A stretch of 63,433 nucleotides of DNA, filler included, from Octopus bimaculoides (Eukaryota): NCBI RefSeq assembly GCF_001194135.2. It is 11 parts of 9 records of this genome, joined end to end, with 100 filler letters (N's around TTAATTAATTAA, not from the genome) between each part and the next. Parts side by side here need not be neighbours in the genome. Positions count along the whole stretch, not along the records: positions 42,388 to 59,241 come from NC_068985.1; positions 59,342 to 60,917 come from NW_026365657.1; positions 61,018 to 62,241 come from NC_068986.1; positions 62,342 to 63,433 come from NW_026349973.1; 7 more parts are not named here. One strand, 5' to 3'. The notes under the pieces are model-generated. The model was not told the origin of the DNA, did no database searches, and worked only from the letters and a program-made list of their open reading frames with translations. A program made the position numbers and the translations under genes. Below, in pieces: positions 49,885 to 62,483 of this stretch; position 1 is the stretch's first letter; every line of letters begins with the position of its first letter.

Positions 49885-50115
49885 TTTGCCGAACCGCTAA
49901 GTTACGTAAACACACCAGCATCGGTTGTCAAGCGATGTGGGGGGGGGGCACAGACACACAAACATATACACACACATGCATACATATATACATATACATA
50001 TATACGACGAGCTTCTTTCAGTTTCCGTCTACCAAATCCATTCGCAAGGCTTTGGTCGGACCGAGGCGAAAGTAGAAGACAGTGGTTGGCATGCAAGCTA
50101 CTTACCACACAGCTG
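49885..50115 (-). mobile_element. SINE family A with internal microsatellite and a head deletion
   Basis: Tail start TTTTGCCGAACCGCTAAG, (CA/TA) tract, GCTTCTTTCAGTTTCCGTCTACCAAATCC and GCTACTTACCACACAGC. Confidence 0.85.
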
Positions 50116-50169
50116 TGCGTGTGTGTACATTCATTCATGTCTATATACAGTGTCATATACTGAAGTATA

Positions 50170-50360
50170 TGAGGGTGTGCTGAAAAATTAAAGGTCATTG
50201 CGAAAGGTCTGGTTCCAGGGCCAGCATTTCGAGTTCTTTTACAGGGCTTAGAAAACCTGAAGGACTGCTGCAACAGATGTTTGAATTTAGAGAGGAAATA
50301 AATAATAATCAACCGATCTTATATTTTACCCAAAGCCAGGTACTTTCCTTCACACCCTCT
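50170..50360 (+). mobile_element. mariner (DD34D-type) MITE / deletion derivative
   Basis: TA-flanked TIRs TGAGGGTGTGCTGAAAA / TTTCCTTCACACCCTCT. Residual C-terminal LKDCCNRCLNL resembles mariner LxxRWxKCIxxxGxY. Confidence 0.72.
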
Positions 50361-51499
50361 TATACAAACAAACTTAAGCACACATGAAGATGCATGCACG
50401 CTCGCACACGATTACATATCTACACTGATACACACGCACATATATAGACACACACACACACATGTTTATATGTGTTTGTTTATTTTCTTGCATACGAATA
50501 TATAAAATTGCAGATGTGTGTATATTTATATGTGTTCTTGCGATGTATCTTGCAATAATTCGTGTGTTCCGAAGTATTCAATGCAGAGAGAAAACAAAAT
50601 GGCATAAATTGATTAACCAGAGAAATAATCATACACACACATGTGCCTATAGAGACACACAGACACACAAATGGAAACACACACATGCAGACACCCACGC
50701 ACACACACTCACACACATTCATGTATAGACGCACAAGCACACACAACGCACACACACATGTATACATGAGTGGGTTTCTGTGAAAATTCGATGAGAACAT
50801 TTACTCGCCTTCAGAAATAATTAGCAGGTGTTATAATGCAACACATTTTCGTGACTTCACGGGTTAATGTATACGCTGTTATTAACACGATGTTTAAATA
50901 CACCCTCAGGAGTTACATCGTACAAAACCGAAAGTTGTATCACCCAGCTGTTGCGACAATATATGTGAAATAAATACACAAAAGAATATGTCTGCCAACA
51001 TTTTAACTAAATACTGAAAGCTGCAATATATATTGTGGTATTCGCAGGTTATCTGTAGATTCGTATATATATATATATATATATATATAGTAATAATTTT
51101 CTTTCGAAACACATTCATTGCGTAGAAGTGCTCGAGTCGAACCTGAGGCGTAAGATTAGTATAAGGAATACAGTAGAAAAATCTGACAGACTACGATTAA
51201 CACATACATATACTTCTTCAGTTATGAAGCATACAGAAATATAGAAATATGAAAATATATGAATACTAAAAATATACATGGAAATATAGATATATAGATA
51301 TATAAGCATAATAATAATGGAATATAGATAAAAATAATAAATGGAATATAGATAAAGAACGTTTAGAAAAAGTAAGATACATTAAAAAGAGGTTGGGGTT
51401 ACATGTTAGAAGAAACTAAAATATTCCAACGATCTTTTCTGGAGTTCATTCGTCCAAATACCGTAGAATGCACCCATCATCAAGGGAAAAATGGGTTTG

Positions 51500-51546
<47 letters not shown>

Positions 51547-52849
51547 ATGTGTGTGTGTGTATGTGTGTGTGTGTGTGTGTGTGTGAAAAGGAGACCACTT
51601 GGTGGACTGTTAATATGCTAGAAGAAGATCACATGTAATGTATCTACTAAGACCGAATTGTTCTCAAGGGAAATTTTGGGAAGTAAGAAAAACGTATACG
51701 GGCAAGACAAGCGAAAATTATATAAAATATATACAGTTACCTATAAACTAGTTTCGAAATTAATATGTTCTTACCGAAAATATCTGTTTCTCATCAGTAC
51801 AGGCCGCTAAATAAATGTAATTCTCAGAGCTCATATACTGGCTAGGAGGAGTGGACGCTATGCATTAGCCTATCCGAGAATCGTAAGCACAACCTTTTGA
51901 TGTTGAGTGTTAGTCATTAACAACTAGGTCACGAACCTTAATTGTTCTTTTATTACCTGGCACTTTATCTGTGAGAGTGAATTCTTTGTTGCATTGTTCA
52001 ACAGAATGGTCTACTAACAAATCTCAGGTTACAATATTTAAACTAATATTTAATTCTGAACACTTTCCTATTCATTGTCTCACAGATATTTGTGCCGTGA
52101 TTTATTCATTGACTTTCTATATTTTAAATCTATTCAGCAACATACATTGACATAGTAACATGTCGTTATCTGTTGTATTACGGAAACAGCACTTCTAACA
52201 GTGCTTCTTTAAGAATTTAGACTGACGTAATGATATCACATTAGAACACATTTGTATTTAACTTTCTATCATTAATCTTGTATTTTGCAATAGAGTAAAT
52301 GGGTTTGAAATATTGCTATTATACCATGATGCCTTTAAATAATTAGAAAATCAGGAAGTCAATTAAGAATGCTATAATATAAAATACAGATATGTTAATA
52401 TTTTTGATGTAATTTTTCTTTCGGGCAAACTTTTAATTTATTTTATGCTGAGTCGCAAAATAAAAGATGATTAACCTATTTCGTTCACAGAATAATGTCT
52501 ATAGAAATAACTTCTCATAAAAGAACATAAAACAAAAATATATTACACTAACAGCAATTAACATCCAAGCAACGTACATGCACTCACACTTACACATATG
52601 CAATCATATACCTCGATATGTACGCATAATTCTGTGTATATATATGTGGTTATATATATATATATATNNNNNNNNNNNNNNNNNNNNNNNNNNNNNNNNN
52701 NNNNNNNNNNNNNNNNNNNNNNNNNNNNNNNNNNNNNNNNNNNNNNNNNNNNNNNNNNNNNNNNNNNNNNNNNNNNNNNNNNNNNNNNTATTGCACTTAT
52801 CTATAATTACGTATATATATATATATATATATATATATTTACTCTTTTA

Positions 52850-52950
52850 CATTTTTCACTCATTTGGCTGCGGCCTTGGTGGAGCACCGCCTTTAGTCGA
52901 GAAAATGGACCCCAGGACTTATTCTTTGCAAACCTAGTACTTATTCTATG
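52850..52950 (-). mobile_element. SINE family A, 3' tail
   Basis: CTCATTTGGCTGCGGCC...GGAGCACCGCCTTTAGTCGAG...CCTAGTACTTATTCTAT. Confidence 0.8.
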
Positions 52951-52974
52951 AGTTTGTGGTAAAAAAAAAGACTA

Positions 52975-53125
52975 CAGCAAGGTTCGTCACCATCCCCTGC
53001 CGGAGCCTCGTGGAGCATTAGGTGTTTTCACTCACTAAACACTCACAACGCCCGGTCTGGGAATCGAAACTGCGATGCTATGATCGCGAATCCACTGTCC
53101 TAACCACTGGGCCATTGCATCTCCA
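52975..53125 (-). mobile_element. SINE family C, 5' half
   Basis: Homologous to 12770-12918. A further degenerate tRNA-like head lies at ~53150-53215. Confidence 0.82.
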
Positions 53126-53224
53126 ATAAAATGAACGGCTCAAAATAAAATGAACCACTCAGCCCGGGAATCGAACGTCTTATTTTATGATCGTGAGTGC
53201 AACGCAGTAATCTTTAGATCAGAT

Positions 53225-53504
53225 GCCTTTCAATGCACAATGCGGTGAACTCGAATAAATAAGTCTACATTGCCATCAATTTCAGCACACGGACCGGTAA
53301 TGCGTTCTCTCATGTGGTTTAAATCTGTAATCTTTATTGAGTAAACTTTCTCTTTCAACACACCCCAGAAAAAGAAGTCAAGCGGAGAAAGTTCTGGTGA
53401 ACAAGGAGACCATTCCACATGACCCCCTAGTATTATTTCTTATATTTAATTGTTTATGGTATGATTTTATTTACCCCATGTACCCACACTTTGTGGACAC
53501 CCTG
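53225..53504 (-). mobile_element. Tc1/mariner deletion derivative (DD41D-like C-terminus)
   Basis: EWSPCSPELSPLDFFFWGVLKEKVY lies directly after a 5' TIR TA-CAGGGTGTCCACAAAG (minus strand, from 53504). Confidence 0.8.
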
Positions 53505-54821
53505 TAATTTGTGTGGTGTTCCTATAAGGTTTAATGATATATTTGAGAGTATAGGAGCATAGAGAACCCCTGTAAAACCGTGAGATTGCACATCTTATAC
53601 AAAGGAAGTTCATTGTTTATCTATACCAGTGATTCTGCTTGCGAAATATGTTAAGGATGCTCATGTTTGTGGATTATTCACGATAATTCTAAAACAAGAA
53701 TTAAAACTGAAACCCAGTCGTCGATTATCAGGGAGATCCGTCCATGCATATGCAGAAACAAAAATGCATATTCATTTTACATTTATGATTTCGTTTATAA
53801 ATAGTAATACTAATAACCTGGCTCGAGCACAATAAACAGTATGCTTTAGAAATAAAACGTCAGGTTAGCACAAGCCATAGCATTTATTAATGAATGACAA
53901 AAGAACAGAAGTTACGTAATCACGTTCATTAGCGTAAAACTATTCCTACTGTAAAAAAAAGCATTACGCTCAGATCTGAATGCTAATGCGACATCTAATA
54001 GCTTGCTCGAAGCCAGGATCTGACGCAACGCTTCTTATAAGAGAAAAATTTGCAAGATTATGAACGGTATTGCGTAACATCTGTTACTTTGTCCATTAAT
54101 TTTTATTGTTAGTTTGCATTTAGATGTCTTTTAGAACTATAGAGATATCAGTAGATCTTACATATATTATTTGATATTCGCTCGCTTTCCAAAGTTCCAT
54201 ATGCCAAGAATCTTGCATAGATAGTGTTTTTGTTTTTTTCTTTTTCTAAGTTTATATGCTATTTTCCTTTCACTACCTTCAGATGTAGGAATCTTAGCAC
54301 ATCTTATATAATGTAAAGAAATTAACATACCATTCTTTTCAGAAGAAACATTAAGATCGTTTGTTTTACCCCAGGGAAGAATCGATCAACACATTACAAG
54401 TAAACCAAGATTACAAGGAATATTTTAAGTATATTTAGCCTTGATTCAAACAATTAAGGCATCATTTCGCTGAATAATATTCTAATTTCCAGACACATTT
54501 CTCAGATCACTGCTGGAGACCATAGATTAATATTGATTATACGTATATTATTTAATCTGGTGGTATCATCATCATATCGGTTATTTACGAAACGGAACAC
54601 TAAATGAGTAATTTTTCTTCTTCAAAGTGAAATGTATTTCCCATGAAAGCATTAAATGTGGGGGGTAGCTATTGCTTATAAAAGATACGTGCATGAAGAT
54701 ACAGCTACACGGATATTTCTTCCTCTTGCGTAAAGACGGATGGCAAACCTCCGTGAAATTTCATCCTTGATTCTTAAAAGGAATTGCAAATAAATGTATC
54801 CTTGAAAAAAAGTGTTCTCTG

Positions 54822-54824
<3 letters not shown>

Positions 54825-54920
<96 letters not shown>

Positions 54921-54960
54921 CGTCTGTGTGTGTGTGTGTGTGTTTGTGTGTGTGTATGTG
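54825..54960. repeat. Long (TG)n microsatellite (representative of many dinucleotide tracts)
   Basis: Directly visible. Comparable (TA)n/(TG)n/(TACA)n fields at 4870-5220, 26250-26830, 28540-29150, 32060-32460, 40500-42260 and 61490-61860. Confidence 0.95.
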
Positions 54961-56039
54961 CACGTTGACGCAGGGAAGATAACTACACCTTGATTAAGCG
55001 TTGTTCGATCGGGCTGAATTAAAAACATGTTAATGTTGCAATATGCTAAAGATAAGAGCCCTGTCGTTTATATTTTGTCCTTCAGGTTGGTGTTTAAGAG
55101 TGAAATATTTGTGTTCGTGTTATTTTGGTTTACAAATCTGCTTCTGGTCCTTATGTGAGCTTCTATGTCCGTGTAGAAATAAAATGTAGCATGTCTCCAA
55201 AACGCAAGTTAAACACATGTTCATGTGTTTATTGTAAGAATGTCAGATTTAGTGATATGTCCTTATCTACCTATGTACATATGTATATACATAAAGATAT
55301 ATATATATATATATATACGGGGTTAGCCCAAAGTCACTGACAGTATATCAAAACCATTTAAGATCAAAACAAAACAAATTATTTTATATGAGACTTCGCT
55401 AGAAATAGACAAATATTGAAAAAATAAAAAAAAGGTGATTCGTGCCAATTAAGTGCACAGTAGCGTCATTAGATTTCATCTTAGACGTTATAGAATAAAT
55501 AGTTTATGTAGAACCATTGCGATTTCTGAGTATTCTAGGAATCTTGCAAACGAAATACAGAAATGTAAGAATGTGAGCTAGGCTAGCAAGAGGTTGTTAA
55601 AAACAATTTATATTTTGTCTACTAAAGATCATCCCATACGACAAGCTTACTTCGTAAATCTGCCTGCATCCTCCAGAATCTACAGACAAAGGACATTAAA
55701 ATAAGGACAACAATAAATCTGAGGCGTAGTGAATATATAGTGAGTATGCATTTTTGGCCAAAGATAGAGGTAAAAACCACCATCCCGAAATATACAATAT
55801 TGAGACTTCAGCAGTCAACTTTATAAATGGATACACTCGGAATAAAGTGAACATGTAACATTCATTTGATTGTAGCACTTTAAAGGAATATTCCTGTACC
55901 ACTAATGCCAGGGCTTTGGTACTTCTTCGTCTGCTAATCATTTTCTCCACTCCCAAATTGTTATTAGAGTGGACTCAATACATTTCACTTGTTTTAAAAA
56001 GAATCGGCGTTTAATGTCATATTCTCTCTCTTTCTCTCT

Positions 56040-56454
56040 CTTTACTCCTTTACTTGTTTCAGTCATTTGACTGCAGCCATGCTGGAGCACCACCTTTAGT
56101 CGAGCAAATCGATCCCAGAACTTATTTTTTAAGCCTAGTACTTATTCTATAAATCCTTTTTGCCGAACCGCTAAGTAACGGGAACATAAACACACCAGCA
56201 GCTGTTGTCAGGCAATGCTAGGGACGGACAAACACAGACACACAAACATACACACACACACACACACATACACACACACGCACACACAAATATATATATA
56301 CATATATACGATGGGCTTCTTTCAGTTTCCGTCTATCAAATCCATTCACAAGGCTATAGTAGAAGACACTTGCCCAAGATGCCACGCAGTGGGTTTGAGC
56401 CCGTAAGCATGTGATTGGTAAGCAAGCTACTTAACACACAGCCACTCCTGCGCC
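56040..56454 (-). mobile_element. SINE family A, full length with internal microsatellite
   Basis: Head GGCGCAGGAGTGGCTGTGTG at 56454, CORE-like CTTGGGCAAGTGTC, internal (TA)/(TG), and a tail with the perfect hairpin CAGTCA-TT-TGACTG (56060-56073). Confidence 0.9.
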
Positions 56455-57491
56455 TATTCAAGTTTATTTCTTTTCTTAGATGAGTTTCGGCTTTCCAAGT
56501 AATTAAGTGAACTCTATGCACCTCAGATAGTAATGACTCCAGGTGACAACAAAAATTTGAGCATACAGGATTATATTGAATTCTGTTGAAGGAAGAAGAA
56601 CGTAGAATAAAAAAATCTCACGTACGAACATAGTAATACACAGATAAACACATGCACATGCATACACACATGTGTATACACACACAGGCATACACACACA
56701 TGCACACACGCAGACACACACATACACATACGCACACACACACATAGGTGCCCAATGATAATCATAAACACACACATAGGTGCCCAGGGATGACCATACA
56801 CAAACTCATACACACACAGAGACACACACACTTGTATTTCTATACATTGAAAACAATTCTGGAATACAAACAAATATTACAAAAGAAAAAAAAATCGAAA
56901 GAATGCAGAACCATAAGGTTTAGCATTATTTTTCTCTCACGTCTACGTTACACATCTAAATTATATATGCATTAATCAATATATATTGTTGCATTGAGAC
57001 TATGAATTTCGTTTGTATAACGTTTTAATTTTTTTATTTTCTGAAATATTTCTCTATGCTTCTGAAAAACAAAATGTTTTGACAAGTTTCCTTTTATTAT
57101 ATATTCGGGCAGCTCTCGTTAGCTCTGGTTCAGTTATATATTTAAATTATTTATTTATTATCTTGTTATATTTATTTATTTCAATGGCAAATATTTCATA
57201 TTTTTAATGCTATTCCAATTAAAAAGTTTTTCACAAAATAGCTTTCTACAATACCTCTTACAAAGCAGATTGTTAAAACTACACGGAAAACGATTGCTTT
57301 AATTTGAAGATTATTGTATAGACGTATGGTTCAATGTCGGAATATATAAAATTTGGTTATACATGTCTGTTGACTAATTGAACATTTATAAATCAATCGA
57401 ATTTTTTTTTTATCATTTTCTTATTAACAGAATATGAATGGCCACTGTTTACAATAGGATATTAAGTGAAATTCAGTAAATGCATAAAGAG

Positions 57492-57492
<1 letters not shown>

Positions 57493-57576
<84 letters not shown>

Positions 57577-57590
57577 TTAATAATAATATT
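57493..57590. repeat. (AAT)n microsatellite
   Basis: Directly visible. Confidence 0.95.
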
Positions 57591-57789
57591 TTTAGAAGGA
57601 TTGACGTAACTCTTCACAAAGGTAAACAGTCAAAACGATGAGCGCGATTCGATTGTAAGATATTTTATTGGTTGAACGATATTTCAACAGTACGTCTGTC
57701 TTCATCAAGCTCAAAATAAGAAGTGATGAAAATTCAAAATTACAGAAATTTAAATGTAAAGTATGAACAAGAGTAACCAGCGTCAATTT

Positions 57790-57905
57790 CTTCTGTTCAA
57801 CTTCCGCCGAGAGCGACTTTGCTTTTCATCCCCTCGTAATGGGATCAATCTAATCCACTGGCTCCCTCCTTCAAAATTTCGGGCCTTGTGCCTAAATTAG
57901 AAAAC
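57790..57905 (+). mobile_element. SINE family B, internally deleted fragment
   Basis: GTTCAACTTCCGCCGAG...CGACTTTGCTTTTCATCC...GGGCCTTGTGCCTAAATTAGAAA. Other weak copies at ~8490-8560 and ~26990-27090. Confidence 0.65.
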
Positions 57906-58469
57906 AATATTAGTAAAGTATTAATAGATGTTATCTATTCACCAAAATAAATCATTTCAGTGTAGTGCTCAAAACTTAATTACTTCGAGGAAAATTATTT
58001 TCGCTAATGACTTTTGAAATATTCATACTGCAAACATCATGTAATGAAACACACTGAGAAATAGTTTTATCTTCATAAAAGGTTGTTTGCATGAAAATAT
58101 ACTGTCTCAAAGACCATCAGAAGAGCTCTTTGAAATATTTTCTTTGGCAGTGTTCTTATCAAGTAGCACTTTGTTTTATGGAGGTTAAATGTCAAGCGCA
58201 TGAGAAACCGGTGAAAGTTTGTATTTGAAAATGGCTCTTAGCTTATGCAGTTCGAGCTTACAGTAAAATAACTGTCCCTTGTGCCAATTTCAAAGGTTAT
58301 TATATAATACAGTGAATTCTCAAACATATAAATCTAATTAACGAACTGATATTTCTTTGTATATACGTGAGCTAATCGACGTCAATATAACTGAAGTTTA
58401 AACGGTACGTATTTATGTTGTAAATTACAGAGATTTCAAAGAAGAGTTTTATTTCATTGTAGTTTTATT

Positions 58470-58770
58470 ATTTTACTTCACCATGATCGCGAGTGGATAA
58501 GAGAACTACATCACAGAACAAATAACTAACATTTCCACTTTTGGCAAGGTGAATTCTCAAGATGCTGCTGAAATAAGGAAACATTAGCCGCAGTGGGTCC
58601 TCGGTCCATGCATCGCACATAAAAATGCAATTCAGCACATTGCGTTATTTACCAGAAGGAAAAATACTCTAAAAGATATGTTAATGAGGTAATGAATATC
58701 ACAGTGTGTGTAAAGGCACACGCTTTAACTTCGCGTGCATTCATGTCATTTTGATGACAGGAATGCAGAT
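58470..58770 (+). pseudogene. hAT (Charlie/Buster-like) transposase fragments, heavily decayed
   Basis: DREWIR, TFPLLAR*ILKMLL, CIAHKNAI and LKDMLNEVMNITVCVKAHALTSRAF resemble the hAT HCxxH region and the C-terminal dimerization region. Frames shift and the order is not canonical. Confidence 0.45.
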
Positions 58771-58949
58771 GATATATAAACAATAGGCATTATTTTAAGC
58801 GTAACAAAACTTTGGTTAGATACAAGCCCTTCACAAATGCAACGAAAGAAAAAGTTGTGTATTTTTTTTCTATTTAACTGGTATTCATGTCCTGTACACT
58901 GTAGTCTCAGCAGAAAAAAATATGGCAGGCACCTTTAGAATATTATGAT

Positions 58950-59074
58950 TCGCCGCCACATGGTTCTAGGTTCAGTGCTACTGTGGGACACATTGAGTGT
59001 CTTCTAATATACCCTAAGGTTGACCAAGGCCTTTTGAATGGATTTGGTAGACGGAAGCTGAAAGAAGCTCGTCG

Positions 59075-59075
<1 letters not shown>
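58950..59075 (+). mobile_element. SINE family A, 5' half
   Basis: CCACATGGTTCTAGGTTCAGTG...GGATTTGGTAGACGGAAGCTGAAAGAAGCTCGTCG, then a microsatellite into a gap. Confidence 0.8.
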
Positions 59076-59137
<62 letters not shown>

Positions 59138-59198
59138 CTGTGTGTGTGTACGCGTGTGTGTGTGTGTGTCTCTGTGTGTGTATACATATATATATATA

Positions 59199-59241
<43 letters not shown>

Positions 59242-59341
59242 NNNNNNNNNNNNNNNNNNNNNNNNNNNNNNNNNNNNNNNNNNNNTTAATTAATTAANNN
59301 NNNNNNNNNNNNNNNNNNNNNNNNNNNNNNNNNNNNNNNNN

Positions 59342-60917
59342 AAAAAAACACGAAACATTCATTTTCAAATTTTCTCTAGTTTTCATGCTTACATGCAATT
59401 TTTTGTGACTTTCTGTTTTGCCACAAACTTTATCATTTCGGTGAACTCTTTGATAAATATAATTATCTCATGAATCATCTTACGTATATTACCCCATCAG
59501 ATTTCAAAATGAAAAGTGTTTGTCGCAAAAATGGCGCATCTAATGTGTGAAAAGACATGAAAGAAACACGTAATTATTATTTTCCAATTTTCTCTGTTTT
59601 TCATGCTTATCTAAAATTTTTTGTGACTCTCTGTTTTGCCAGGAACTTTGTCATTTCGGTGACCTCTTTGATAAATATAATCTTCTCATCAATCTTCTAA
59701 CGTATATTAACCCATTAAACTTCAAAATGAAAAGTGTTTGTTGCAAAAATGTAAAGTATCTTAATGTGTGAAAAGACACGAACAAAGCACGACAATTACT
59801 TTTTCAAATTTTGTCTGTTTTTCATGCTTATTTGCAATTTTTGTGACTTTCTGTTTTGCCAGAAACTTTGTGATTTCGGTGAACTCCTTGATAAATATAA
59901 TCTTCTCATCCACCATGTAACGAATATTAACCTGTGTGACTTCAAAATGAAAAGTGTTTGTTGCGAAAATGAAAAGTAACTTAACGTGTGAAAAGTCACG
60001 AAAAAAGCACAATATTTTCATTTTCAAATTTTCTCTGATTTTCATGCTTATTTGCAATTTTCTGTGACATTCTGGTTTGCCACAAAATTTGTGATTTCGG
60101 TGAATTCGTTCATAAATATAATCCTCTCATCATTCATGTAACGTATATTAACACATTAGATTTCATAATGAAAAGTGTTTGTTGAAAAGATGTAAAGTAT
60201 GTTAATGTATGAAAAGACGCGAAAAAAAACACACGAAACATTCATTTTCAAATTTTCTCTGTTTTTCGTGCTTATATGCAATGTTTTGTGACATTCTTTT
60301 TTGCCACAAACTTTGTGATTTCATTGAACACTTTGTTAAATATAATCTTCTTATTAATCATCTAACGTATATTAACGCATTAGACTTCAGAATGAAAAGT
60401 GATTGTTACAAAAATGAAAAGTAAGCTAAGAATCACGAAAAAAAACACATTTTCTTTGTCAAATTTTGTCTTTATTTCATGCTTATTTGCAATTACTTCT
60501 GACTTTCTGTTTTGCCACACACTTTGTGATTTCGGTGAACTCCTTGATAAATATAATCTCATCAATCATATAACGAATATTAACCCATTAGACTTCAAAA
60601 AGAAAAGTGTTTGTTGTAAAAATGTAACTTAATGTCGGAAAAGTCACGAAAAAATACAAAATTTTCATTTTCAAATATTCTCTGTTTTTCTTGCATATTC
60701 GCAATTTTTTGTGACCTTCTGCTTTGCCACAAACTTTGTCATTTCTGTGAAATATTTGATAAATATAATCTTCTCATCAAACATCTGACGTACATTAACC
60801 CATTAGATTTCATAATGAAAAGTGTTTTTTGAAAAGATGTAAAGTATATTAATGTGTGAAAAGACACGAAAAAAACACGAAACATTCATTTTCAAATTTT
60901 CTCTAGTTTTCATGCTT
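59342..60917. repeat. AT-rich tandem satellite, ~208-224-bp monomer, just over 7 copies
   Basis: The marker GAAAAGTG recurs at 59511, 59729, 59949, 60170, 60394, 60602 and 60817. The array fills a whole contig between two linker gaps. Confidence 0.95.
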
Positions 60918-61161
60918 NNNNNNNNNNNNNNNNNNNNNNNNNNNNNNNNNNNNNNNNNNNNTTAATTAATTAANNNNNNNNNNNNNNNNNNNNNNNNNNN
61001 NNNNNNNNNNNNNNNNNCATAGTTTACAATGAGGTGTTATAATCACAACAGCAAGAAAGTATGTACATGATCACCTTCTTTTACGAAACTTCATTGACTT
61101 TCATATATTTATATTGATATACATATATATACGTGTGTTTGGGTGCGTGTGTGTATATACA

Positions 61162-61252
61162 TCTCTATATATAAAGATGATGCGTAGTCTAGACGGCGTT
61201 TTTAGATTTCATTATTCTCTTTAACCCGGGCAACGCTGGGTATTTCTGCTAG
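61162..61252 (+). mobile_element. 91-bp non-autonomous Helitron
   Basis: 5' TCTCTATATATAAAG, 3' hairpin CCCGG-GCAACG-CTGGG (61225-61240), terminal CTAG. Inserted between A (61161) and T (61253), no TSD. Confidence 0.75.
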
Positions 61253-61282
<30 letters not shown>

Positions 61283-61283
<1 letters not shown>

Positions 61284-61470
61284 GTGGCTAGAGCATCGAG
61301 CTTACGGGTGTGAGGTTGTGAGTTTGATTCCAGGAACGAGCTGTGAGTTGTGCTCTTGAGCAAGACACTTTATTTCATGTTGCTCCAATTCACTCAGCTG
61401 CAGAAATGAGTTGCGACGTCACGGGTGCCAAGCCGTACCGGCCCCTTTGCCTTTCCCTTGGATAACGTGA
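61283..61470 (+). mobile_element. tRNA-derived SINE, family D (V-domain-like)
   Basis: AGTGGCTAGAGCATCG, GAGTTTGATTCC and GTGCTCTTGAGCAAGACACTTTA...CACTCAGCTG. Confidence 0.72.
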
Positions 61471-61864
61471 TGTCAGGATAAAGGTACACACAGACACACA
61501 CACACACTCACACACAAACACCACACACAAACATTCATGCACTTACACACATATGAGCATGCACATGCAAATGCACACACACACAAACACATGCGCACAC
61601 ACGAACACACGTGCAAAAACACACACACATGCGCAAGCATGCGCACACACACACACGCATGCACAAACACATACAAACACACACACGCACACACAAACAT
61701 ACACATGAATAAACACAAACACATACACACAAAAAACACACAGAAAACACGCATAAATACACACATTCAAACTCACACAAACATACACACAGAAACAGAC
61801 ACAAGCACACACACAAACACACAAGCACACGCGCGCATACACACACACACACACACATATACAT

Positions 61865-62015
61865 TCGTTCATTTTCCCACTACCAATTTCATTCCCAAGG
61901 TATTGGTCAGCTGAGGGTTATAGTAGAAGACGTTTGTCCAAGGTGCTGTGCTATGGGACTGAACTCACAACTACATGATTAAGAAGCTAGCTTTTTAACC
62001 ACACAGCCACACCTA
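61865..62015 (-). mobile_element. SINE family A, degenerate 5' half
   Basis: ATAGTAGAAGACGTTTGTCCAAGG...GGGACTGAACTC...AACCACACAGCCACACC, adjacent to a ~370-bp CA-rich tract. Confidence 0.7.
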
Positions 62016-62068
62016 TGTCCTTCAATAAACTTACAAATACTCTTCTAGCCATATCCCCTGTAGCAAAC

Positions 62069-62220
62069 CAGGGCACCAAACCATTAATCCATTAATTGTT
62101 AATTAACGAAGTTGACATTTTCGTTAACAATTTAACTTTTAAGTTAACTTCGGAAACCATTAACGGACTAATTAATTTCCATTAACTCAAGTCAACTTGA
62201 GTTAATGATCGTTAACTTCA
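62069..62220 (+). mobile_element. hAT-like MITE end with dense TTAAC/GTTAA subterminal repeats
   Basis: Starts CAGGGCACCAAAC. Many TTAAC/GTTAA motifs and a 13-bp-arm palindrome at 62180-62207. No other end found. Confidence 0.4.
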
Positions 62221-62444
62221 ATATATACATATACATATATANNNNNNNNNNNNNNNNNNNNNNNNNNNNNNNNNNNNNNNNNNNNTTAATTAATTAANNN
62301 NNNNNNNNNNNNNNNNNNNNNNNNNNNNNNNNNNNNNNNNNGACATCTCTAATCAACATTCGTCTCATCTTCTGCTTAATTCCAATGTCAACCAAGTTGC
62401 GCGTTGAAGATCCAGCTCCAAACATGAAACACCACTTCAAGACG

Positions 62445-62483
<39 letters not shown>

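Noticed and set aside
3627-61914. Numerous long ORFs rich in YI/CV/HT/X
   Set aside because: These are translations of (TA)n, (TG)n, (CA)n, (GATA)n tracts and N gaps.
2949-62297. Ten perfectly recurring TTAATTAATTAA palindromes
   Set aside because: Each is centred in exactly 44 N + 44 N and has stops in all six frames. This is an assembly linker, not biology, and the true distance across these joins is unknown.
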